Part shown: one piece after another, positions 17,527-27,505 of the stretch
How positions within the stretch are numbered: the stretch's first letter is position 1
How the letters are laid out: every line of letters begins with the position of its first letter
Source: Gemmatimonadota bacterium
GTDB lineage: Bacteria > Gemmatimonadota > Gemmatimonadetes > Gemmatimonadales > Gemmatimonadaceae
Assembly (NCBI GenBank): GCA_027307165.1
Contig: DAHUXM010000016.1
Coordinates: forward strand, 182,874 to 246,873
Direction of reading: 5' to 3'
Length of the DNA: 64,000 nucleotides
Position numbers and translations under genes: made by a program
The notes under the pieces: model-generated
The model's database searches: none
The model's input: the letters and a program-made list of their open reading frames with translations, nothing else
Told to the model about the DNA's origin: nothing

Positions 17527-20064
17527 ATGTTGGAGGATTCCCCCCGGGAGAAAGACCGGCCCGTGTCAGCGTTGATAGAAAGAGTTCGGTCCTCCATCAG
17601 CGACCGGTACGTTGTCGAGCGAGAAGTTGGCCAGGGAGGCATGGCCACCGTGTATCTCGCCCGCGACGTCGAGCACGACCGTCCGGTAGCGGTAAAGGTG
17701 CTCAGCACCGACGTGTCGATCGTCCTCGGCGCCGAACGCTTCAGACGCGAGATCGAGGTTACGACCGCGCTCTCGCACCCTCACATCCTCCCGATACTCG
17801 ACTCCGGCCAGGCCGGCAATTCACTCTACTATGTGATGCCGTATGTGGAGGGAGAGTCACTGCGCGCGCGGCTGGATCGCGAGCGCAGTCTTTCGATCGA
17901 CGACGCGATACGTATCACGTGCGAGATTGGCGACGCACTCGAGTACGCGCATCGACATGGGATCGTGCATCGCGACATCAAGCCGGAGAACATTCTGCTC
18001 GACGGCGATCGCGCGGTGCTCGCCGATTTCGGGATCGCACACGCGATGGCGCAGGTCGGCGAACAACGTCTCACGCAGACGGGCATCTCGCTTGGCACGC
18101 CGACATACATGAGTCCCGAGCAGGCATCCGCGGAGCGCGCGCTGGATGGCCGGAGCGACGTGTACAGCCTTGCGTGCGTTGCGTACGAGATGATCGGCGG
18201 CCAGCCGCCGTTCACCGGACCTACTGCGCAGGCCGTGATCGCGCGGCACATGCTGGACTCCGTGCCGTCGCTGACGATCATACGAAGCACCGTACCGCCG
18301 CAGATCGAACGGATCCTGATGAAGGCGCTGTCGAAGGTCCCGGCGGACCGGTACCCGACGGCGGGAGAGTTCATCTCGGCATTGCGGCATCCCGAGACGC
18401 AGACATTTCGTGCCGTGCAATCGGCGCAGTTCCGGTCGCGAGCGATGCCGCTCTGGAAACGCGTCGCGATCGGGATTGCCGCGGTTGCAGTTGTGGCCGC
18501 CGGTGGCTACGGCGTGTGGCGAAGTACGCACAGGACGGGCGGCATTGGCGCCGCGGGCGGCCCAGACCCACGACGAATCGCCGTTCTTTACTTCGCTGAT
18601 GAGAGCGACGGGCACAAGCTGGGCTATCTCGCGAGCGGTCTTACGGAAGGTCTGATCGACCGGCTTTCGGCAATTCCCGAGCTCCAGGTTACGTCCAGGA
18701 ACGGCTCGGCACTGTTCGCGAACAAGGATGTCCCGCGAGACAGCATCGCGCGCGCATTGGGTGTCGGCACGCTCGTCGATGGCAGCGTCGAGCAACACGG
18801 GGACAGGATCAGTGTGAGTGTGAGACTCAAGGACGCGACCGGCACCGACTTTCAGCGCGCGACGTTCGAAGCTGCTGCGTCGAATCCGCTGGCGTTGCGC
18901 GATACGCTCGCGGAACGTGTTACGAGGTTCCTGCGCCAGCGGCTGGGGCAGGAGATCAATCTGAGAGAGGAGCGTGCAGGCACCAGCAATCCGCAGGCGT
19001 GGTCGCTGCTGCAGCAGGCCAAGCTCGATATGCGGGGCGGCGACAGTTCGGCGACCTCGAACGACACTGCGGGCATGCTTCGCAACTATGCACGAGCGGA
19101 TTCGACGCTGATGCGAGCGGCAGCCATCGATCCGAACTGGACACAGCTTCCGACGCTGCGGGGACGAATCGATTATCGCGCGTCGCGTTTCTTCGGCAGC
19201 GATCAGCTTCGTGCGAATCAATGGATCGACAAGGGTCTCGCGCAGGTGGCGCAGGCGATCCAGATCGCACCCAAGGATCCAGACGCACTCGAGCTGCGCG
19301 GTACCCTTCACTACTGGCGTTGGCTTCTCGCGCTCGAGCCCGATCCGGTAAAGGCGAAAGCACTCCTCGATGATTCGCGCAAGGATCTCGAGACCGCGAC
19401 CGAACTCTCTCCCAATCGGCCCACTGCGTGGTCGGTGCTCAGTCATCTCTACTATCAATACAACGATGTAGTGAACGCGAAACTCGCCGCCCGGCGTGCG
19501 TACGAGGAGGATGCGTACCTCAGCGACGCCGACCGCATCGTGTGGCGGCTCTTCATCTCATCGTTCGATCTGGAACAATTCCCGGACGCGATTCACTGGT
19601 GCGAAGTGGGAACCGCCCGCTTTCCCACAAATGCTCTTCTCGCCCAGTGCAACCTCCTCATGATGGGGACCACCGCCGTCAAGCCGGACATTCCGCGCGC
19701 CTGGCGCCTCGCCGACTCTCTCGTCAGAGTGTCGAAGGCCCCGGATCGGCCGCTCGCAAGACTCAATGGTCAGGCCCTCGTGGCCGCGGCGCTCGCTCGT
19801 GCTGGACTCGCCGACAGCGCGGAGCACGTCCTTGCGAAGCTGGACGATCCTTCCGACATTGATCCCACCAAGGACGTTACCGAAACCAAAGCATTTGTCT
19901 GGACTCTGCTTGGTAAGAAGGACAAGGCAATAAGCGCTCTCGCTCTGTACCTTAGCGCCAACCCGGCGCGTGCCATCGACTTCGATGGCGAACGCAACTG
20001 GCAATGGCGCAGTATCCACGACGATCCGCGCTTTCAAGCCCTTGTAGTGAAGCCGAAAAAGTAA
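17527..20064 (+). CDS. Ser/Thr protein kinase with TM helix and periplasmic TolB-N-like plus TPR-like region
   Basis: Hanks kinase motifs 'GQGGMATVYLA', 'HRDIKPENILL', 'DFGIA' and 'GTPTYMSPE'. TM segment 'VAIGIAAVAVVAAGGYGVW' and a long helical C-terminal half. Confidence 0.85.
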   Translation: MLEDSPREKDRPVSALIERVRSSISDRYVVEREVGQGGMATVYLARDVEHDRPVAVKVLSTDVSIVLGAERFRREIEVTTALSHPHILPILDSGQAGNSLYYVMPYVEGESLRARLDRERSLSIDDAIRITCEIGDALEYAHRHGIVHRDIKPENILLDGDRAVLADFGIAHAMAQVGEQRLTQTGISLGTPTYMSPEQASAERALDGRSDVYSLACVAYEMIGGQPPFTGPTAQAVIARHMLDSVPSLTIIRSTVPPQIERILMKALSKVPADRYPTAGEFISALRHPETQTFRAVQSAQFRSRAMPLWKRVAIGIAAVAVVAAGGYGVWRSTHRTGGIGAAGGPDPRRIAVLYFADESDGHKLGYLASGLTEGLIDRLSAIPELQVTSRNGSALFANKDVPRDSIARALGVGTLVDGSVEQHGDRISVSVRLKDATGTDFQRATFEAAASNPLALRDTLAERVTRFLRQRLGQEINLREERAGTSNPQAWSLLQQAKLDMRGGDSSATSNDTAGMLRNYARADSTLMRAAAIDPNWTQLPTLRGRIDYRASRFFGSDQLRANQWIDKGLAQVAQAIQIAPKDPDALELRGTLHYWRWLLALEPDPVKAKALLDDSRKDLETATELSPNRPTAWSVLSHLYYQYNDVVNAKLAARRAYEEDAYLSDADRIVWRLFISSFDLEQFPDAIHWCEVGTARFPTNALLAQCNLLMMGTTAVKPDIPRAWRLADSLVRVSKAPDRPLARLNGQALVAAALARAGLADSAEHVLAKLDDPSDIDPTKDVTETKAFVWTLLGKKDKAISALALYLSANPARAIDFDGERNWQWRSIHDDPRFQALVVKPKK

Positions 20065-20118
20065 AACTTCTATCTTCGGGAAGTCCGGAATACCGGCCGA
20101 TCCCGACCGGAGTATCCA

Positions 20119-22023
20119 ATGCATCGCAGCTCCCCGCTTTCCGCGCTCCTTGGCGTCTTCATCCCAGGAGTGTTATTGCTCGCTGCCTGTTCAACCGATC
20201 GCCAGACTGCACCCGCGAGTACCGCCGCATCGGCAAGTGCAAGCCGCGGCGTACAGTCCTCGTCCCCTGCCTGTCAGGTCGCAACACACTCGCAGATAGT
20301 CGATCTCTTCGGGCCCGGGGATATCGGCAAGGCAACGGTCGGCTTCGTCCGGATCGAGAACGATCTTCGGCAGCACCGCAATAGCGATGCGATCAACGAC
20401 ATGTACGCCGAGTGGAAATTCACCCTCGACAATTACTACGCCGATGATCTCCGCGGCGCCATGTCGACAGTGACACAGACAAAGACACTCGCATTCGGCA
20501 GTGCACTCTATTGCCTCGTCGGTCTCGACGGATCTGCTTTGACGCTCGACTCGACTCCGCTAGGTCCTGACAACGTCGTCGCCGTCGTGATGCCTTCATC
20601 GAGCGACCAGACGATCGTCACAGGCTCGAAACACGCGGGATTGCTGGTCCCGGGCGGGACGCTGTCGCAACCAGTGACGATTTCCATCTCGATTCTCCCC
20701 GCGACATACACTTTCCCCGCTGGTCCGCTCAATACCAAACTCGATCAGTACGGTCCGTTCTTCGAATTCAAGGTCATCCCACAGCAGACATTCGCCACAC
20801 CGGTTGTTGCCGCGGCGTGTCTCCAGACGCCAACTGGCGATCAGCCGCCATCGAGCGTCGATCTCGCGCACAACGTGGGGACGGGCATCCAGGTTCTTCC
20901 ACGCGTAGCAGTGCCGTTTCTCGTTTGCGGCGCAACTGCCCTGGCCCCGCAGCCAAGCGTGTTCGATCTCGCCCGCAATGGAGAGTACGGGCGCGCGGCG
21001 AAGCGGCTCGGCTCGGACGCGCTCGGCTTGTTTTCTCCGACGCCGGCCTACGCACTCGTATCGAGCGGTGTGGGTGGAAAGACCACCTCATTCAGCCCGT
21101 TCGGCGGCGTCGATACCGCGGTAGTTGTAAAGACGCCCGCAAACTTCCCGACTCAACCGCAGACCGCACCCGCGGGCTCGTCAGTCGCCTCGGCACCGTC
21201 TGCGTTGGTGCAAACGGTGAACGGACACACGCCGCTCGGCGGTGCGTCCGTAACGTTCGACGTTGCATCCGGCGGCGGAAGCCTCGGACCCGCATCGAGC
21301 TCGACACGGACCACTTCCGTCACGCTCACCACCGACGCCAACGGACTCGCAACCGTTCCGAACTGGACGCTCGGTGTCGGACCCGCGAACTCCGTCACCG
21401 CGAACGCGAGCTTCACGCTACCAACGAAGATCTCCGAATTCCCCACTTCGGGTCTTGGCGCCGGCGCCGCGGTGGTCGTATCGGGTAACCCGCTCACGTT
21501 CACCGCAACGAGCACCGACGTCATTCCATACGAGGCGAGCGGCTACGTGTACCTCTCCGGTGCCGATGGCATCGCGCCCGGCTTCGAGCAACCGAACTTC
21601 GCCGCCACGCCGCAGAACGGGTGGAGCACTGGTGCCGCTGCGTTCGCAAGCTCCAATCTTGCGGCGTCCTGCTCGGCGTTGACCGCAAGCGTCGGTACGA
21701 TATGGCCCAACAATCCGTCCGGGCTGACGGATATGCTGCTGCGCAAGACATTCACGCTCCCCGCGTGGTGGACCGCAGGACTCACAGTCGGCATTGCGAT
21801 CGACAACGACTTCAAGGCCTACGTCGATGGCGTGAATGTCACGCCCACCAGCGCATCCGGATATGATCCCGCCAGCGGCTTCGTGATGCACGACAACTGC
21901 GCCACACGAGACAGCTACACGTTCCCGAGTCCATCGCTCGGCGGGTCGCACGTTCTGGCCATCAGAGCACGCGATCGCGGTACCGCCGCGTACGTCGATA
22001 CCAGGATTCGCGTCACGCCGTAA
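20119..22023 (+). CDS. secreted lipoprotein with Ig-like (Big-like) and C-terminal beta-sandwich regions
   Basis: Lipobox 'LLLAACS' and a Ser/Thr/Gly/Pro-rich beta-type composition. The 'ASVTFDVASGGGSL...TTDANGLATVPNWTLG' segment resembles bacterial Ig-like domains. Confidence 0.65.
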   Translation: MHRSSPLSALLGVFIPGVLLLAACSTDRQTAPASTAASASASRGVQSSSPACQVATHSQIVDLFGPGDIGKATVGFVRIENDLRQHRNSDAINDMYAEWKFTLDNYYADDLRGAMSTVTQTKTLAFGSALYCLVGLDGSALTLDSTPLGPDNVVAVVMPSSSDQTIVTGSKHAGLLVPGGTLSQPVTISISILPATYTFPAGPLNTKLDQYGPFFEFKVIPQQTFATPVVAAACLQTPTGDQPPSSVDLAHNVGTGIQVLPRVAVPFLVCGATALAPQPSVFDLARNGEYGRAAKRLGSDALGLFSPTPAYALVSSGVGGKTTSFSPFGGVDTAVVVKTPANFPTQPQTAPAGSSVASAPSALVQTVNGHTPLGGASVTFDVASGGGSLGPASSSTRTTSVTLTTDANGLATVPNWTLGVGPANSVTANASFTLPTKISEFPTSGLGAGAAVVVSGNPLTFTATSTDVIPYEASGYVYLSGADGIAPGFEQPNFAATPQNGWSTGAAAFASSNLAASCSALTASVGTIWPNNPSGLTDMLLRKTFTLPAWWTAGLTVGIAIDNDFKAYVDGVNVTPTSASGYDPASGFVMHDNCATRDSYTFPSPSLGGSHVLAIRARDRGTAAYVDTRIRVTP

Positions 22024-22113
22024 TCTGCGGAGTTGGTGCGTGCCATCGGGTACGCACCAACTCTGAATCCGGGCGCTCCGGAAGGACGCCGTCCGCGAAT
22101 TGCATCATTTGAA

Positions 22114-22500
22114 ATGATCGATCACCTGCTTGCCGGCGCCGTAATCACCATCCACGCGGCGTTCGTTCTCTTCGTCGTCACCGGTGGATTCATCGCGCTC
22201 CGCTGGCGTCGTCTCGTATGGGTGCACGTTCCAGCAGCCGTGTGGGGCGTGTTGATCGAGTATCGCGGCTGGATCTGTCCGCTCACGCCGCTCGAGAACA
22301 CGCTGCGCGCGCGGGCCGGCGTTGCGGGTTACTCCGGCGGATTCATCGAGCACTACATTCTGCGAACGTTGTACCCATCCGGCCTCGACGCGCACGCACG
22401 CCTTGCGCTCGGCAGTCTCGCACTGCTCGTGAACGTCGCCGCATACACGCTGATCATTCGCCGGCACGCACGATCCAGGCGACCACTTCCGCCCGCCTGA
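22114..22500 (+). CDS. DUF2784 membrane protein
   Basis: 'HAAFVLFVVTGGFIALRW...VWVHVPAAVWGVLIEYRGWICPLTPLEN' matches the DUF2784 pattern. The ORF is trimmed to the Met at 22114. Confidence 0.7.
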   Translation: MIDHLLAGAVITIHAAFVLFVVTGGFIALRWRRLVWVHVPAAVWGVLIEYRGWICPLTPLENTLRARAGVAGYSGGFIEHYILRTLYPSGLDAHARLALGSLALLVNVAAYTLIIRRHARSRRPLPPA

Positions 22501-22599
22501 TGCGCCACCGTGGCGACGATGGCTGTCTCGCGCTATTCTCCTCAGGTGCGGCTCCTGGCGTAATCCAGTCCACCGGACGCCTGACATAAGGAGATACTC

Positions 22600-22935
22600 A
22601 TGCCGTTCTCTTTCGACCGATGGCGCAGGCGTTTGTTCCTGCTCGGATGCACTGGCTACTGGGCCATTCTCGCGGTGGTCCTTCTGGGCCCGCCAATCAT
22701 CGCCGCATGGCGCGTTACGCGCCCCGACGCCGGACACGGCGTAATCAGCGGATCGCTGGACGGGACCATGATCCACGTCACCATGAGCAGCGCGCACACG
22801 GCACCATGGAGCGGCTCGATCGGCCTCGGTACTCTGGCGCTATGGATGTTCGGCCCGCCGCTGGTGTTGTGGTTTGCGCTGCGCGGACTGCAGCAGTCCC
22901 GTTCCGCAACGCCAATCCGCTCGTCGAGCCGATAG
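22600..22935 (+). CDS. hypothetical small membrane protein
   Basis: Strong SD (AAGGAGA) 7 nt upstream of the ATG and two predicted TM helices. No family recognised. Confidence 0.55.
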   Translation: MPFSFDRWRRRLFLLGCTGYWAILAVVLLGPPIIAAWRVTRPDAGHGVISGSLDGTMIHVTMSSAHTAPWSGSIGLGTLALWMFGPPLVLWFALRGLQQSRSATPIRSSSR

Positions 22936-23123
22936 CTGGAGGCTGACTTCATTACGTATACGCTCTCAGTGCCCGCTCGCTCAACGCAACTGGTATCGCC
23001 ATCCTCGCTGCGCTCGCACTTTCCGGAGAGCGACTCAAGGCCACCGGGATGACGAGCTGACGATAACCTGATTCCCCCCGCGCTCGTACGTCCCGAGGCG
23101 GTCAGGAACGGCCCGCAGCGCTT

Positions 23124-23139
23124 GTGACAATGCCGTTAC
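23124..23139 (+). promoter_or_regulatory. candidate Pho box upstream of pstC
   Basis: GTGACAATGCCGTTAC is 14/16 identical to the pstS-upstream motif. It is bracketed by an 11-bp perfect inverted repeat (23106..23116 / 23161..23171). Confidence 0.4.
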
Positions 23140-23188
23140 ATGGTATTGCCCACCAGCGCCGCGGGCCGTTCTAGCTTTCAGTATCAAC

Positions 23189-24178
23189 ATGGACGGCATC
23201 GAAGGAATTCGCGGAATGAGCGGCCTCGAGCGCGAGACGACCGCACGCGGGTCCATCGTCGGCTCCGATCTGGGTGACCGCATCTACTCTGTCATAACGA
23301 CGGCGTTCGCGGTCTGCATCCCACTGCTGCTGATCGCCATCGCGATCGAGATCGGACGCGCGGCGTGGCCTGCCCTGCACCAGTTCGGATTCGGATTCCT
23401 GACGTCGAGTGAATGGGACGTTCCGGCGGGCAAGTATGGTGCTGCACCTGCGATTTTCGGCACGGTCGTCTCCTCGTTCATCGCGCTGGTCATCGCGACT
23501 CCGCTCGCGCTGGGTGTCGCGATCTTCCTGTCCGAGTTCGCGCCGCGCTGGCTGCAACAACCGGTCGCATTCCTCGTGGATCTGCTCGCCGCCATCCCCA
23601 GCGTGGTTTACGGTCTGTGGGGAATCTTCGTCATGATTCCGCTGCTGCGCGAAGACGTCGTGCCATTTCTGCGTGACACCCTCCATCTCGGCGCGACGCC
23701 CTTATTTGCGGGGCCCGCGTACGGGCCGAGCATGCTGGCGGCGGGAATCATTCTCGCCATCATGGCGCTACCATACATCTCAGCGGTGTCACGCGAGGTT
23801 CTCCGCGCCGTTCCGCGCTCGCAGCGCGAGGCGGCTCTGGCACTTGGTGCAACACGCTGGGAAGTAATACGCGATGCCGTGATCCCAAATGCACGTTCGG
23901 GCATAATCGGCGGCATAATACTCGGCCTGGGCCGCGCCCTCGGTGAGACCATGGCGGTCACCATGGTGATTGGGAATCGGGCAGAGATATCGTCATCGCT
24001 GCTGGCGCCCGGCTACACGATGGCGTCGCTCATCGCGAACGAATTCAGTGAAGCGACCAGTGATCTGCATCTCTCGGCACTCATGGCCGTCGGCGCAGTG
24101 CTGTTCGTGATCACCATCATCGTCAACGCGATCGCGCGCTGGCTCGTGTGGAGCGTATCCGTGAGGAACGAAGCATGA
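23189..24178 (+). CDS. pstC: phosphate ABC transporter permease PstC
   Basis: Multi-TM protein with the 'EAALALGATRWE' EAA loop, in pst context. Confidence 0.9.
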   Translation: MDGIEGIRGMSGLERETTARGSIVGSDLGDRIYSVITTAFAVCIPLLLIAIAIEIGRAAWPALHQFGFGFLTSSEWDVPAGKYGAAPAIFGTVVSSFIALVIATPLALGVAIFLSEFAPRWLQQPVAFLVDLLAAIPSVVYGLWGIFVMIPLLREDVVPFLRDTLHLGATPLFAGPAYGPSMLAAGIILAIMALPYISAVSREVLRAVPRSQREAALALGATRWEVIRDAVIPNARSGIIGGIILGLGRALGETMAVTMVIGNRAEISSSLLAPGYTMASLIANEFSEATSDLHLSALMAVGAVLFVITIIVNAIARWLVWSVSVRNEA

Positions 24179-25053
24179 CCACCGGCGTGATGCCGCGCTC
24201 GACGCGCTTGAACCGGGCCAAGCGCCGCGGTGTGAGCGGAATGATGGTCGCGCTGACATACCTGGCGGCGGCGCTCGCGACACTGCCGCTGCTCTTCATC
24301 GTCATACATATCGTCAAGCTCGGGGCCGGGGCGATCAGCGTCGATCTATTCACGAAAATGCCGCAACCTGTCGGCGAGGCTGGCGGCGGCATGGCGAATG
24401 CCATCTCGGGGACACTGATTCTTATCGGTATCGCCGCGGCTGTCGGGGTACCCGTCGGAATTGGCGCGGGGTTGTATCTCGCCGAGCACAAGCGAACGCC
24501 GCTCGCAAATGCAGTACGGTTTCTGTCGGACGTGCTGAACGGGATTCCGTCGATAGTGATGGGTATCTTCGCATGGCAGCTCCTCGTCCGACCGGTCGGC
24601 CATTTCTCGGCTCTCTCCGGCGGTGTCGCGCTCGGCGCGATGATCATTCCGCTGGTGACGCGGACTACGGAGGAGATGATCCGCATCGTTCCCAACTCGC
24701 TTCGCGAAGCGGCGCTCGCGCTTGGGTATCAGCGCTGGCGCACATCGCTCAGCGTGATCCTGCGCACCGCGATGCCGGGAATCGTCACGGGAGCGCTGGT
24801 GGCGATCGCACGAATCGCCGGCGAGACGGCTCCGCTGCTATTCACCGCGTTCGGCAATCAATTCTGGTCGACGGCACTGCGGCAACCGATCGCTGCGCTG
24901 CCGTTGCAGATCTTCACCTACGCGATCAGCCCGTACGACGAATGGCATTCGCTCGCCTGGGCTGGAGCGCTCGTTCTGATCGGCATAGTGCTGGTCATAA
25001 GCATCGCCGCGCGGTTCGCCACGCGGTCGCGATTCGGAGCCGCCGTTGACTGA
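24175..25053 (+). CDS. pstA: phosphate ABC transporter permease PstA
   Basis: Multi-TM protein with the '[12 protein letters not shown]' EAA loop. ATGA overlap with pstC. Confidence 0.9.
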   Translation: MTTGVMPRSTRLNRAKRRGVSGMMVALTYLAAALATLPLLFIVIHIVKLGAGAISVDLFTKMPQPVGEAGGGMANAISGTLILIGIAAAVGVPVGIGAGLYLAEHKRTPLANAVRFLSDVLNGIPSIVMGIFAWQLLVRPVGHFSALSGGVALGAMIIPLVTRTTEEMIRIVPNSLREAALALGYQRWRTSLSVILRTAMPGIVTGALVAIARIAGETAPLLFTAFGNQFWSTALRQPIAALPLQIFTYAISPYDEWHSLAWAGALVLIGIVLVISIAARFATRSRFGAAVD

Positions 25054-25966
25054 ACCAGGAATTGTCGCAGTGACCGCTGACGCAGAATTCGATGATCGAT
25101 TGCTGGCCACCGAGCCGAACTCGACCAGGCATCTGGAGGTACCTGTCGCGATGCACGTGTTCCCCAATGCGGACCGCCCGACCACAACCGCCGGCACGGA
25201 CGCGTCAGTCGCACGTCTCGAAGCGACGGGGTTGAACGCGTACTTCGGAAAACAGCACGCGGTGAAGGATGTGACACTCACGCTCGACCCGCGCAGCGTC
25301 ACCGCGATCATAGGCCCGTCCGGCTGTGGCAAGTCCACACTATTACGGTGCCTGAATCGGATGCATGAAACTGTGCCCGGCGCGCGTACGAGCGGCAGTG
25401 TGGCACTGGATGGCGAGCAGCTCTACGGCGATGGGACAAGCGCCATCGCAGTCAGGCGGCATGTCGGCATGGTATTTCAGCGGCCGACGCCTTTCCCCAC
25501 AATGTCGATCCGCGACAACGTGGCCGCCGGACTGAGAACGCAGGGCAGTGTCCCCTCACGCGCACACATCGACGACATAGTCGAGGACGCGCTCCGCCGC
25601 GCCGCCCTCTGGCAGGAAGTCAAGGATCGCCTCCGCACTGGTGCCGTCGCACTTTCTGGCGGACAACAGCAACGCCTCTGCATCGCGCGTGCTCTGGCTA
25701 CCAAACCGCGCGTCCTGTTACTGGATGAGCCGACGGCGTCACTCGATCCCTCCAGTACCCAGAAGATCGAAGAGCTCGTTTATGAGCTTCGCTCCACTGT
25801 CACGGTTGGAATCGTTACGCATAACATGCAGCAGGCAGCGCGTGTCTCGGATCGCACCGCATTCATGCTCGACGGCGCATTGATCGAAGCTGCGTCGACC
25901 AACACGCTATTCACCGCACCGAGCGATCCGCGCACCGAAGCGTACATTACAGGGAGGTTCGGATGA
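25046..25966 (+). CDS. pstB: phosphate ABC transporter ATP-binding protein PstB (copy 1)
   Basis: Walker A 'GPSGCGKST', signature '[14 protein letters not shown]' and Walker B 'LLLDEP'. The start is uncertain: TTG 25046 overlaps pstA, and ATG 25151 is the alternative, with GGAGG 11 nt upstream. Confidence 0.9.
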   Translation: MTEPGIVAVTADAEFDDRLLATEPNSTRHLEVPVAMHVFPNADRPTTTAGTDASVARLEATGLNAYFGKQHAVKDVTLTLDPRSVTAIIGPSGCGKSTLLRCLNRMHETVPGARTSGSVALDGEQLYGDGTSAIAVRRHVGMVFQRPTPFPTMSIRDNVAAGLRTQGSVPSRAHIDDIVEDALRRAALWQEVKDRLRTGAVALSGGQQQRLCIARALATKPRVLLLDEPTASLDPSSTQKIEELVYELRSTVTVGIVTHNMQQAARVSDRTAFMLDGALIEAASTNTLFTAPSDPRTEAYITGRFG

Positions 25967-26757
25967 GTGCACTGGCCGTTGAGCCCGACACGAGTTCCGT
26001 CGCAACAGGGACGATCGAGGCTGTCGATTTCTCATTCTTCTATGGAAAGAAGCAGGCATTGTTCAACGTCTCGCTTGCGATCGAGCCACACAGCGTCACC
26101 GCGCTCATCGGCCCGTCAGGCTGCGGCAAATCGACATTCCTCCGATCGATCAACCGAATGAACGACACGATTCCCGGGACGCGGCAGGAAGGCTCGATAC
26201 TCCTGGACGGAACAGACGTATACGCGCGTGGCACGGATGTTGTCGCCCTCCGGCAGCGCGTTGGCATGGTTTTTCAACGCTGGAATCCGTTTCCGGCATC
26301 GATCTATGACAACGTTACGTACGGTCCACGCATCAACGGCGTGACATCACGCGCGCAGCTGGACGAGTTCGCGGAGGATGCTCTGCGTCGCGCGGCACTC
26401 TGGGATGAGGTGAAGGATCGCCTGCGCAGGAGCGCGCTTGGGCTGTCCGGCGGACAGCAACAGCGCCTGTGCATCGCGCGCGCACTCGCAAATCGGCCCG
26501 AGGTTCTCCTGTTGGATGAGCCGGCAAGCGCGCTCGATCCGATTGCGACGCGCAAGATCGAGCAGTTGCTTCACGAGCTCAAGTCGGAGCTTACGATCGT
26601 GATCGTTACCCACAACCTGCAACAAGCGGCACGCATCTCGACGCGCACCGCGTTCTTCTTCCTCGGCGAGCTGGTCGAGGCTGACAGCACGGATAGAATG
26701 TTCACGCGACCGCGCGAGGACCGCACCGAGGCATACATCACAGGGAGATTCGGATGA
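25963..26757 (+). CDS. pstB: phosphate ABC transporter ATP-binding protein PstB (copy 2)
   Basis: Has the same motif set as copy 1 ('GPSGCGKST', '[14 protein letters not shown]', 'LLLDEP', C-terminal '[10 protein letters not shown]'). 4-nt overlap with copy 1. Confidence 0.9.
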   Translation: MSALAVEPDTSSVATGTIEAVDFSFFYGKKQALFNVSLAIEPHSVTALIGPSGCGKSTFLRSINRMNDTIPGTRQEGSILLDGTDVYARGTDVVALRQRVGMVFQRWNPFPASIYDNVTYGPRINGVTSRAQLDEFAEDALRRAALWDEVKDRLRRSALGLSGGQQQRLCIARALANRPEVLLLDEPASALDPIATRKIEQLLHELKSELTIVIVTHNLQQAARISTRTAFFFLGELVEADSTDRMFTRPREDRTEAYITGRFG

Positions 26758-27443
26758 CCGCCCTTCAGGACGCACCGAACGGCTTTCGTCACTTTCACGA
26801 CCAGATGGACGAGCTCAAGGCGCGGCTGCTCGCCATGTCCACGCGTGCAGAGGAGATGATCGAGCACGCAGTCGATGCGCTGCTCCACAACGATCAGGGG
26901 ATCGCCGAAATGGTGATTGCCAGCGACGCCGAGCTCAACGCGCTGGAAGTGGAGATCGAGCAGCGAGCGGTGGCACTGCTGGCGTTGCAGCAGCCCATGG
27001 CGCGTGACCTTCGCTTCATCGTCGGCGCGATCCGGGTGTCCAGCGACCTCGAGCGAATCGGTGATCACGCGGTGAACATCGCGCAGTCGTCGCAGCGCCT
27101 GATCGAGCAACGCGCAACACTCGTCCCCGATCCTGAGATCGAGGACATGGCGCGCCGCGCGCGACTGATGCTGAGCGATTCGCTGGATGCGTTTCTTCGC
27201 AGCGACGGTGCGCTCGGTCGAAGAGTCTGCCAGGCTGATGATGCAGTCGACGCGCTGCACAATTCCATCTTCCGCATCCTGCTCACACACATGATGGGCG
27301 ACGCCCGCACCATCACACCGTCACTGGAACTGCTCCTGGTAAGCCGAAACCTTGAGCGCGTCGCCGACCTCGCAACCAACATCGGCGAGGACGCAGTGTA
27401 CCTTGCAGAAGGAAAGCAGATCAAGCATCACTTTGAAGACTGA
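26754..27443 (+). CDS. phoU: phosphate signalling complex protein PhoU
   Basis: Two PhoU repeats with '[13 protein letters not shown]' and '[14 protein letters not shown]'. 4-nt overlap with pstB2. Confidence 0.9.
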   Translation: MTALQDAPNGFRHFHDQMDELKARLLAMSTRAEEMIEHAVDALLHNDQGIAEMVIASDAELNALEVEIEQRAVALLALQQPMARDLRFIVGAIRVSSDLERIGDHAVNIAQSSQRLIEQRATLVPDPEIEDMARRARLMLSDSLDAFLRSDGALGRRVCQADDAVDALHNSIFRILLTHMMGDARTITPSLELLLVSRNLERVADLATNIGEDAVYLAEGKQIKHHFED

Positions 27444-27505
27444 CCGCGAGGATTGACCCGGCAACCGGCGTTAGATTTCCTGTCATGATCTGGCAGGAAA
27501 CGTGA

